This document shows positions 28,738 through 39,400 of a stretch of DNA of 46,636 nt, piece after piece (position 1 is the stretch's first letter; every line of letters begins with the position of its first letter). Location: positions 1-46,636 of the forward strand of contig JAUCGG010000017.1 in NCBI GenBank assembly GCA_030378015.1, in the 5' to 3' direction. Made by a program: the position numbers and the translations under genes. This DNA is from Desulfococcaceae bacterium HSG8 (GTDB lineage: Bacteria; Desulfobacterota; Desulfobacteria; Desulfobacterales; 4be13). The notes below the pieces were generated by a model. It was not told the DNA's origin, made no database searches, and saw only the letters and a program-made list of their open reading frames with translations.

Positions 28738-28800
28738 TATCAGTTTACACTTCACTGTAGAACAATCTTTCAAATTGTTTTAAACAATTTGAAAAATTGT
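28738..28800. repeat. Near-perfect 60-bp palindrome ctgtagaacaatctttcaaattgttttaaacaatttgaaaaattgttctacag.
   Basis: Read directly. Nested inner palindrome caaattgttttaaacaatttg. AT-rich, unlike the GC-rich REP families. Confidence 0.6.
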
Positions 28801-29056
28801 TCTACAGCCGGAAAAAGTGCAAACTACTTTTCAGCTTTTTATCAGTAGATGGAAATGCCCTTAAACCGCTCCGGGCAGACTGATAAATCCGCCTGAAATG
28901 CCTGGGCATTTGTTAATCCCAAGCGAGCATTTCGGGAGCACTTTCCATCTACTGATTATCTTATTATCAGTTATACGGTGGGTTACGCTTCGCTCCACCC
29001 ACCCTACATCTCCGTTTGGGAGTACACTTCGTGTACGCAAAACCGAAGTTTCGCGT

Positions 29057-29641
29057 TCAGCAGCGTTTCTTAAACTTTCTCCTGATTCCCGCAAGAGCGG
29101 CCAATCCGGAACCCAGCAGCCACAGTGATCCGGGAATGGGAATGACACTGATGTTCCCGCTTTCCGGATTTGCGGAAAGAGAATCTCCTGAGAAGTCGCC
29201 GAGAATCGGATCTTCGGGAAATGACAGCGGGCTGTTTCCCATGCCGATGCCTGTAAAGGAAAGCGTCGCCAGGGCAAAGGAGTCAGACTGGAAGCTTAAA
29301 TCATCAAGCAGGGAAAGCTCCCTGAGGTGTATTGTACCGCCGAGATTGCCGTCGCCCCAGTTCAGCGCATCATAATCCGAGATATCGCCCAGTCCGGTTC
29401 CCAGGGTGTAATCGTTAAAATCCAGGACGCTATTGTCGTAGTTCACATTGAAATCAAATGTGCCCAGGTCATCATTTTCCAAACCTGAGACAACAATATC
29501 CACGTCAGTCATCCCGCCGATCCCAATCACCGAGTCGGACGGATCGAAGGAGAGGTTTGCCGCCCATGCCTGATCACTGACAAACATGGCAATAAACATC
29601 GCAAATAAACATGTTAGAAATTTTTTCCCCAGTTTTTTCAT
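29057..29641 (-). CDS. Small secreted protein (194 aa): signal peptide, cohesin-like beta-sandwich domain, PEP-CTERM-type C-terminal sorting signal (PIP variant).
   Basis: MKKLGKKFLTCLFAMFIAMFVSDQAWA signal. GGMTDVDIVVSGLENDDLGTFDFNVNYDNSVLDFNDYTLG follows the type-I cohesin pattern (G.TV.VPV.LS.V...I...DF.L.YD.NVLE.....G). C-terminus VIPIPGSLWLLGSGLAALAGIRRKFKKRC is a Pro motif + hydrophobic helix + Arg/Lys tail. Confidence 0.6.
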   Translation of the reverse strand: MKKLGKKFLTCLFAMFIAMFVSDQAWAANLSFDPSDSVIGIGGMTDVDIVVSGLENDDLGTFDFNVNYDNSVLDFNDYTLGTGLGDISDYDALNWGDGNLGGTIHLRELSLLDDLSFQSDSFALATLSFTGIGMGNSPLSFPEDPILGDFSGDSLSANPESGNISVIPIPGSLWLLGSGLAALAGIRRKFKKRC

Positions 29642-29719
29642 GATAATACCCTCCTTTCTTTAAAATGTTTGAGTGTAAAGGAACTCCGAATAAGATACCC
29701 GGTTCGGGGAGACGACCCC

Positions 29720-30085
29720 TCCTGCTCGGTTCGGATTGACAAATCCGAACCCCGGCGGGGGATTTGCCAATCCCCCGCGAGCAACAACGGGCAATCCTCC
29801 GCGAGCAGCGCCCATCTTGCTCGGTTCGGATTGACAAATCCGAACCCCGGCGGGGGATTTGCCAATCCCCCGCGAGCAACAACGGGCAATCCTCCGCGAG
29901 CAGCGCCCATCTTGCTCGGCTCGGATTGACAAATCCGAACCCCCGGCGGAGATTTGCCAATCCCCCGCGAGCAACAACGGGCAATCCTCCGCGAGCAGCG
30001 CCCATCTTGCTCGGTTCGGATTGACAAATCCGAACCCCGCGGCGGGGGATTTGTCAATCCCCCGCGAGCAGCAGCGGGCAAAATA
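29720..30085. repeat. Tandem array of 4 copies (period 95 bp) of family G: ctgctcggttcggattgacaaatccgaaccccggcgggggatttgccaatcccccgcgagcaacaacgggcaatcctccgcgagcagcgcccatcttg.
   Basis: Period measured between successive ctcggttcggattgac. Each unit has two hairpins and ttgaca/ttgcca motifs. A solo copy lies at 13033-13103. Confidence 0.75.
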
Positions 30086-30415
30086 AAGCCTTTTCCTGCA
30101 ACGGAAAATCCCCCCGGCCCCCTTTACGAAAGGGGGAGGAATTCTACTATTATCAATTCGTAAATTAAATTCTCCCCCCTTTTTTAAAGGGGGGCCGGGG
30201 GGGATTTCCGCCGTAACAGCCTTTTCCTGCAACGAAAAATCCCCCCGGCCCCCTTTACAAAAAGGGGAGGAATTCTACTATTATCAATTCGTAAATTAAA
30301 TTCTCCCTCCTTTTTTAAAGGGGGCCGAGGGAGATTTCTGCCGTAACAGCCTTTTCCTGCAACGAAAAATCCCCCCGGCCCCCTTTACGAAAGGGGGAGG
30401 AATTCTACTAATTCC
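30085..30415. repeat. Tandem array of about 2.7 copies (period ~125 bp) of a family C variant (cttttcctgcaacgRaaaatccccccggccccctttacRaaaggggg aggaattctactattatcaattcgtaaattaaattctccc..ttttttaaaggggggccgRggg.gatttc.gccgtaacag). The last unit is truncated exactly at the stop codon of the 5059-aa gene.
   Basis: Units start at 30090, 30222 and 30343. The stop TAG of the giant gene (complement of cta 30408-30410) lies within the ctacta of the repeat. Confidence 0.7.
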
Positions 30416-33400
30416 CATCACAGGTACATTCCGGACAGTCGCACAGCAGCACGAGCTTTCTCGCGTCCAGGACTGTGATTGTCCCGTCCCCGTCAATGTC
30501 GCATTCCATGCAGATACCGGCATCCTCATTCAGATGAATCCCGATAATGTCAACATCATCAAGGTCTATGACGCAGTCATCGTTGAGATCACCGGCTCTG
30601 TCATCGGGAACACCGCATCCGCAGTCACCCGTTTCGATTTTATACGGATCATCGGGGCATCCGTCGCAGGCATTTCCCTGGCCGTCGCTGTCCGTGTCAG
30701 TCTGATCCGGGTTCGAAGCACTGGCGCAGTTGTCACAGGCATCTCCCACATCGTCGCTGTCCCTGTCCTCCTGATTGTAATTGGCATCGCCGGAGCAGTT
30801 GTCACAGGCATTTCCCACGCCGTCTTTATCTGCATCTGCCTGGCCCGGGTTGGGAGTGCCGACACAGTTGTCAACTCCGTCACAGACCGTGTCCTGATCT
30901 GCATCAAGACAGTCATCGCAAGCGTCACCCAGCCCGTCGCTGTCCGTGTCAGTCTGATCCGGGTTGAAAGTGCCGGGGCAGTTGTCATCTTCATCACAGA
31001 CATTGTCATTATCCATATCAACGCACGCATCACAGATATCGCCTATGCCGTCGCTGTCCGCGTCTGTCTGATCCGAATTGGAGGTGCTGGCGCAGTTGTC
31101 ACAGGTATCTCCGACTTCGTCCCCGTCCCCGTCTTCCTGGTCCGGGTTGGCATCATCGGGACAGTTGTCACAGGTATCCCCGACTTCGTCCCCGTCCGCG
31201 TCTTCCTGATCCGGGTTTTCAATGTCGGGACAGTTATCGCACGCGTCTCCGAGTTCATCGCCATCCGCATTTTCCTGATCCGGATTTTCAATGTCAGGAC
31301 AATTATCGCAGACATCTCCCAGGGCATCGCCGTCCGTATCAGTCTGATCCGGGTCGGGATCACTGACACAATTATCACACGCGTCGCCGAGACCGTCGTT
31401 GTCAGTGTCCATCTGATTAATGTTTCGGGTGCCAAGGCAATTATCCACGTCATCGCAAACACTGTCCTGATCAGCATCCGCTACTGTACCGCCCCAGTCG
31501 CCGTTGCAGTCCTGGGAACAGGCAACTTTCCCGGTGTTTCCGCCGACACATTCTCTGCAGTTATCAACGGTGGCAGTTCCGCCCCAGTCATTGTTGCAGT
31601 CCTGAGAACAGGCAATTTTCCCGGTATTTCCGCCGACACATTCTCCGCAGTTGTCAACGGTGGCAGTTCCGCCCCAGTCATCGTTGCAGTCCTGAGAACA
31701 GGCAACTTCCCCGGTGTTTCCGCCGACACATTCGCCGCAGTTATCAACGGTGGCAGTACCGCCCCAGTCATCGTTGCAGTCCTGGGAACAGGCAACTTCC
31801 CCGGTGTTTCCGCCGACACATTCTCCGCAGTTATCAACGGTGGCAGTTCCGCCCCAGTCGCCATTGCAGTCCTGAGAACAGGCAACTTCCCCGGTGTTTC
31901 CGCCGACACATTCTCCGCAGTTATCAACGGTGGCAGTTCCGCCCCAGTCGCCATTGCAGTCCTGAGAACAGGCAACTTCCCCGGTGTTTCCGCCGACACA
32001 TTCTCCGCAGTTATCAACGGCGGCAGTTCCGCCCCAGTCGCCATTGCAGTCCTGGGTGCATGTGCTGGTGTTGCCGGTATTGCCGCCGACACATTCGCCA
32101 CATTCGTCAGTATATGCAGTGCCGCCCCAGTCTTCGTTGCAGTCCTGAGAACAGGCAGGCAATCCCTCATCAGCGATGCCGTCGCAGTTGTCATCGGTGC
32201 CGTTGCAGATTTCTGTCGCATCAGGATTCACATCTTCGTCCTCATCGTCACAGTCACAGACATCGCCCCATCCGTCTCCGTCAGTATCGGTCTGATCCGG
32301 GTTGGAATCATCCGGGCAGTTGTCATTGCTGCCGCAGAGACCGTCACCGTCAGCATCGGCCAGAGTGGTCATGGGTTCATCTTCATAGAAAGGACAGTAC
32401 GCCACATTTTCGGAAATGGCATCACCGCTGCCGCATCCCGCTTCTGACGGGCCATCCGCAGCTTCCCAATAATTATACCTGGCGTTAATTGGGGAGGCAT
32501 AATCTCCGTCAACTGTGACGGCAAGCTCGTTGCTGATAAATCTGTTTTCACGGACAAGGTGTTCGGGATACGTCATATCCGTGTCCATGCTGAATTTTAT
32601 GGCCGTGTCATTATCTTCAAACAGATTGCCTTCGATAATGCTTGGCAGATGTGTTCCGCCTCCTGCGCCATAGTATTTCCAGTCAATGGCAGGTTCGTCA
32701 TCCGGGTCAGGCTGAAAACCGTTTGTCGCATTTCTGAAGACATTGTCGTAAATGCGATGATCACCGAAAGTCTGGCCAGCCGCGTCAGGACATCCGTGTC
32801 CGTTATAAATGGCGTCGCTGCACCCGTCAAAAACATTGTTATAAATGTCGTACCCCTGACTGTTGGACATGGTCATACCGCCCAGGGTTTCATCTGTATT
32901 ATTATAGATATGCACCGGGGCATTGCCGGAACCGTCCCGCGGGGCAAACCGGTTATGGCACAGGAACATGGAGGTTGCCCAGTGGCCGGCATCCCCGGAT
33001 GCTCTGTCCTCAACAAAGCGATTGTCGTGGATGCTCAGGCTCAGAGGGCCGCTGCGGGCTTTGTATATCATTACACCCGCGCCCCATTCGGCACCCGGAT
33101 CACTGCGGCCGTTAAAGGTGAAGCCGGAAATCTCGTAATTCATGTTCCCGGTGTACCCGTCCATGTTGCCGACAAGACATTTTCCCTCAGCAGGAGCGAT
33201 CCAGGTCACATCATCCTGTCCCTCTCCGAGGATTGCAAGGTTTTTCCCCGGCGTCAGAGTGACTTGCTCGGTATATGTCCCTGCTGCAACGTGGACAGTG
33301 CCGCCGGAGTTCACCTGATCAACCGCCGCCTGGATGGTCTTCTTGGCGTCAGTCCATGAGGTGCCGCCGTTGCTGTCATCGCCGTTGTCGTCAGCGTAGC

Positions 33401-36400
33401 AGTCATCGGTGCATTGCAGTCTTTCGATCTCCACCAGGTAGTCCTCAACCTCGCCGTCAGGGACAAAACCCGTGGGCTGTAATCCGCCACTCATGCTCAG
33501 GCGGAAGCGGGCGTAGGTGGGTCCTATAACAGCATCGGACGGAACCACGAAAGTGAGATTGTTGACGGGGTTAGGCTGACCGTTCAACAACTGGCTCACA
33601 CCACCCCACAGATGCTCGGCTTGGTGATCAAAAACGCCGTTGCCGTTAAAGTCGATCCAGGCATCCAGCATCCCGCCAGAAGGTCCGCCATCCACGATAA
33701 CTGTGGAACTCGTTCCCGCTGTCAGCACCGGCGGCAGGGTCACGCCGTCCTCGTCGTCGGGCATGCCGGGGGGATTCAGGTCGTCGCCGTCTGCCAGCGG
33801 TGAAGGCTGGCCGTCCGGCTCCGCGTCCACTATCGGTCCCAGGCTGTGTCCCCGGACGATGGCGTGGCGGGCGCCGTTGCCGGCCAGCAGTGTGCCGTAG
33901 CTGTCCGGAGCGTCGCCGTAGTCCAACGGCAGGCGGTTGTGGAAGGTACATTTGACCGTCTCACCGGCTTCGACCTGGAAGTTGGCTCTGAAGTCGGCCA
34001 GACTGACGGTGCTGTTGCCGTCGTCACATACGATGCTGGTCAGTTCCCAGCCTGCCGGCACTGTTTCCTGGGAGGTGTAGCTTCCCGGAAGCAGGTCTGA
34101 CACCACGATCTGCCCGCCGTCCGAGATGGTTCCGGAGGCGTCATCGCCGAAGGTGAAGCTGTCAGGTGCGCCATCGGGGTCGGTCTGCTTTTCAACGATG
34201 ATGGTTCCCCGCTTCTGAGTGTTGGTAAAGACACATCTGACTGTCTCACCCGCTTCAACCTTGAAGGTGGCGGTTTTCGTGTTCACGTCGCCGCTGCTGT
34301 CCCCGGTGGGGTCGTAACACCGGATGGAGGTCAGGTTCCAGCCTGCGGGCACGATTTCTTGCGAGGTGTAGGTTCCCGGCAGCAAGTTGCTGGACACGAG
34401 CGACGCGTCGTCCGTGATGCTTCCGTCAGCGTCGCCGCTGAAGGTGAAGCTGTCAGGTGCGCCATCGGGATCGGTCTGCTTTTCGACGATAATTGTGCCT
34501 CGCTGCTGAATGTTGGTAAAGATGCAGGTTACCGTCTCACCAGCCCCGAGGCCGATTACACTCGGGTCACTGCCGTCGTCGCAGGTGGCGCTGGCCAGGT
34601 TCCAACCGGCCGGGAGGTTGATCTCGTCCACCGAGTAGGTGCCGGGAGTGAGAGGGCCGGAGTTGTTCGTCCCGTCATCAACCAGGGAAAAGTTGGGACC
34701 ATAGTCAGTGCCAAACTCAAAGCTCTCGGCCGAGCCGTCAGGGTCGGTCTGCTTCTCAACGATGATCGTTCCCCGCTTCTGAGTGTTGGTAAACACACAT
34801 CTGACCGTCTCACCAGCGTCGAGTCCGATCGCACCCGGGTCGCTGCCGTCGCTACAGGTGGCGCCGGTCAGGCTCCAACCGACCGGGACGCTCTCGATCA
34901 CCGAGTAGGTGCCCGGAGTGAGAGGGCCGGAGCTGTTCGTCCCGTTATCGCTCAGGGAAAAGCCGGAACCGTAGCTGGGGCTGAAATCAAAGCTCTGATC
35001 CGAGCCGTCAGGGTCGGTCTGCTTTTCAATGATGATCGTGCCGGGGTGGGTATTGCTGAAGGTACAGACCACATCCTCACCCGCACCGACCGCCACCGAC
35101 AAGGTTTCACCGGTCAGACTGCCGCCGGCCCCGGTACAGGTGGCATTGTCCAACTGCCAGCCGCCGGGCAGGCTTTCGATGATCTCATAAGTGCCGGCGG
35201 GCAGGCCATTGAAGGTGACACTTGAGCTGACGCCGTCGCCATCATCCGGGTTGGCGTCATCCAGGGTGAAGCTGGCCATGACCGGCAACGCCTCCACCTT
35301 GCGAATACGATGGTTAGACCTGTCAGAAATTAAGAGGTTGCCGGCGTTATCAAACACGACACCAGTGGGGTTATGCAGGTTGGCACTGGTCGCCGGGCCA
35401 CCGTCGCCGCCAACCCCCCCTGTGTCATTGCCAGCCACCGTGCTGATGTTGCCCGTGGTGGCGTCCACCTTACGAATACGATGGTTCCACTGGTCAGCAA
35501 TGAAGAGGTTGCCGGCGTTATCAAACACGACACCAGTGGGGTAATACAGGCTGGCACTGGTCGCCGGGCCGCCGTCGCCACCAGAGCCACCCGTGCTGAT
35601 GTTGCCCGTGGTGGCGTCCACCTTGCGAATACGATTGTTTTTATAGTCAGCAATGAAGAGGTTGCCGGCGCTATCGAACGTAACACCAATGGGCTCATTC
35701 AGGTTGGCACTGGTCGCCGGGCCACCGTCGCCACCAGAGCCACCCGTACCATTGCCGGCCACCGTGCTGATGTTGCCCGTGGTCGCGTCCACCTTGCGAA
35801 TACGATGGTTATACCAGTCAGCAATGAAGAGGTTGCCGGCGCTATCGAACGCGACACCAATGGGGTAATACAGGCTGGCACTGGTCGCCGGGCCACCGTC
35901 GCCGCCAAAGCCCCTTGTGCCATCGCCGGCCACCGTGCTGATGTTGCCCGTGGTGGCGTCCAGCTTGCGAATACGATGGTTCGACAGGTCAGCAATGAAG
36001 AGGTTGCCGGCGCTATCGAACGCGACACCATAGGGACCATTCAGGCTGGCGTTAGTCGCCGGGCCACCGTCGCCGCCAAAGCCGCTCGTACCATTGCCGG
36101 CCGCCGTGCTGATGTTGCCCGTGATGGCGTCCACCTTGCGAATACGATGGTTCCACTGGTCAGCAATGAAGAGGTTGCCGGCGCTATCGAACGCGACACC
36201 ACCGGGGTAATTCAGGCTGGCGTTAGTCGCCGGGCCACCGTCGCCGCCAAAGCCCCCTGTGCCATCGCCGGCCACAGTGCTGATGTTGCCGCCAAGCACA
36301 CTCACTGGAATGTTGCTGGTAAAGTCAAAGTCGGCACCGTCCTGAGGGGTGGCTTGTTTGATGATAGTGAGAGTTCCCCGTTCCTGGCTGTTGGTGAAGA

Positions 36401-39400
36401 CGCAGGTGACTGTCTCGCCCGGATCAAGGCCGATGGCGCCCGGGTCGCTGCCGTCGCTACAGGCGACGCCGGTCAGGTTCCAACCGGCCGGGAGGTTGAT
36501 CTCGTTCACCGAGTAGGTGCCGGGAGTGAGAAGAGGGCCGGAGTTGTTCGTCCCGTCATCAGCCAGGGAAAAGTTGGGACCATAGTCAGTGCTGAACTCA
36601 AAGCTCTCGGTCGAGCCGTCAGGGTCGGTCTGCTTTTCGACGATGATGATGCCTGGCTCCGGTTCTTCAATCTCCACCATGTAGTCCTCGACCTCGCCGT
36701 CTTCGGCCGGACCGCCGCACGGAGTCAGTGGCCCAAGGGTATTAATTCGGAAGCGGGCGAATGTTTGCCCGGGCACTATATCCGGGGGCACGCTGACCAC
36801 TGGCGCATTCACACCGGTCGTATAGACTCCGGGAGAATAGTTTCCGGAAACAACATGCTCCCGGCCGCCCATATCACCCCAGACGCCACTGCCGTTAAAG
36901 TCAATCCAGCCGTCAACATAAGCCGGACCATTATTAACCTCAAATGTAATGGCAGCTTGTTGCCCTTGATACAATACAGGTATTGACACCCCGTCTTCAT
37001 CATCAGGATCAGTACCGGCGTTATCATCACCCATTGCGGCTGGGTCTGGCTGGCCGTCAGCTTCCGCATCGGGATCATCTGAAGGATCACCGATACCCAG
37101 AAAGGGAGCGCCGGGGACGATGATATGGCTTGCCCCATTACTGGCAGCCAGAGTGCAGTATGGCGTATCCGGCGCATCGCTATAGTCCAGGCCATGCGGG
37201 CTCGGATCGCAGGCATCGCCCAGGCTGTCGCCGTCCGTGTCTGTCTGACCCATATTGGGAACGTCCGGGCAGTTGTCCTGACCATCGGGTACGCCGTCCT
37301 CATCGGTGTCTGTAAAACAGTCCATTTCATATATGTACGCAGAGCCGGAACCGAGAGCTTTCTCATCATCGCTGGTCCCTACGAGGACATAATTGCCGGA
37401 CATGAAGACAGAATAGCCAAAGTAATCATAGTTATTACCCTGTCCGTCATAGGCGGTGAACTTTGCCTGCTGTACCCAGGAGGTTCCGTCATAATGAAAA
37501 ACATAAGCAGCGCCAAAATCGGCTCCGTTATCACCATCCCCGATGGCCCCGACGACGGCATAATCGCCGGAAACGGAAACAGATTGGCCAAATCTGTCAT
37601 CCTGCGCCCCGTCGTCAGCAGTGAGCTTTGCCTGCTGTGTCCAGGAGGTTCCGTCATAATGAAAAATGTATGCGGACCCGGAATCGCTCCCCCTGTCATC
37701 ATCATAGATAGCCCCGACGACGGCATGATCACCGGACACGGAGACAGATCTGCCAAAGCGATCACCCTGCGCCCCGTCGGCGGCCGTGAGCTTTGCCTGC
37801 TGCACCCAGGAGGTTCCGTCATAATGAAAAACATAAGCAGAGCCGGAATCGCTCCCCTTGTCATCATCATAGCGGGCCCCCACGAGGGCATAATCACCGG
37901 ACACGAAGACAGATATGCCAAAGTGATCACCCTGCGCCCCGTCGTCTGCGGTGAGCTTTGCCTGTTGCATCCAGGAGGTTCCGTCATAATGAAAAATGTA
38001 TGCAGACCCGGAGTCAACCCCTTTGTCATCATCATAAAAAGCCCCCACGAGGGCATAATCGTCGGACACGGAGACAGGGACGCCAAAATGATCACCCTGC
38101 GCCCCGTCGTGGGCGGTGAGTTTTGCCTGCTGTGTCCAGAAGGTTCCGTCATAATGAAAGACATAAGCAGAATCCTGGTAAGCCCCCACGACGGCATAAT
38201 CGCCGGACACGGAGACTGACTGTCCAAAGCTGTCACCCTGGGTCCTGTCGTTTGCGGTGAGCTTTGCCTCCTGTGTCCAGGAGGTTCCGTCATAATGAAA
38301 AATGTATGCGGCACCGGTATAGTCATCGGGGGAACCGGAATCGCTCCCGTTGTAATCATCCCCGGGAGACCCAACGACGGCATAACCGCCGGATACGGAG
38401 ACAGAATGGCCAAAATTATCATAGGCCGCCCCGTCGTCTGCGGTGATCTTGAATTCGGTCGCATCGGCAAAACTGCAGTTGTCCGGGTCAAGCGGGAAGG
38501 CGTCATGCTCATCGTTCACGCCGTCATTGTCGTCGTCCGGGTCGGCATTGTCGCCGATGCCGTCCTCATCATTGTCAGACTGTTCGGTCGCATCAAGCGG
38601 GAATGCGTCATCCGCATCGTTCACGCCGTCATTGTCGTCGTCCTCATCGCAGACATCACCTAGATTGTCACCGTCCGTGTCTTCCTGATCCGCATTGGAG
38701 ATGTCCGGGCAATTGTCCTGAGCATCAGGTACGCCGTCCTCATCGCTGTCTGCAAAGCAGCCAATTCCGTATATATACGCGGAGCCGGAACCGCCATCGT
38801 CCCCGTAAGCCCCCGCGATGGCATAATTGCCGGACATGGACACAGCGTAGCCAAAATAATCATCCGCCGCCCCATCGGGAGCAGTGAGTTTGCCCTGCTC
38901 TGTCCAGGATTCCCCGTTATAATGAAAAACGTACGCAGAGCCGGAATCGCTTTCACTGTCATCATTCCAGCGAGTCCCGACGAAGGCAGAACCGCCGGAC
39001 ACGGACACAGCGTGGCCAAAGCGATCACCCGGCGCCCCGTCGGAAGCGGTGAGTTTGGCCTGCTCGATCCAGGATTCTCCGTCATAATGAAAAACATAGG
39101 CCGAGCCTGAGGAACTGCCCCTGTCATCATCTCTGTAAGCTCCTACGATGACAGAATCGTCGGACACGGATACAGATACCCCGAAAGAATCGTACGCCGC
39201 CCCGTCAGAAGCGGTGAGTTTGGCCTGTTTGGTCCAGGCTTCCCCGTCATAATGAAAAACGTAGGCTGAACCTGAACCGCTGCCCCTGTCATCATCTCTG
39301 TCAGCCCCGACGACGGCAAAATCGTCGGACATGAACACAGAGATGCCGAAGGAATCATCCGCCGCCCCGTCGGAAGCGGTGAGTTTGGCCTGCTCTGTCC

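Noticed and set aside
27069-29277. ORFs 27069..27500 (+) and 28861..29277 (-) sharing the peptide DVGWVERSVTH.
   Set aside because: Both read through the inverted copies of the hairpin element gtagggtgggtggagcgaagcgtaacccacc. The shared peptide is a repeat artefact.
29574-30232. Overlapping ORFs on both strands (143-190 aa) with repeated peptides MPIPREQQRAILREQRPSCS...
   Set aside because: Generated by the 95-bp and 125-bp tandem satellite arrays. Identical peptide repeats in multiple frames and strands are the signature of translated tandem DNA, not genes.
30534-32488. Plus-strand ORFs 30534..32447 (637 aa), 32060..32488, 32559..33359, 34359..35225, 35373..36986, 37125..38219, 40574..41269, 41223..42044 and 43794..44552; minus-strand alternative-frame ORFs (31481..32221, 37379..38512, 39143..39946, 42014..42892).
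   Set aside because: All lie inside the 5059-aa minus-strand gene. Their translations are low-complexity (Ala/Val/Arg/Gly-rich) mirror images of the TSP3, FG-GAP and beta-helix DNA repeats. No start context or recognisable motifs.
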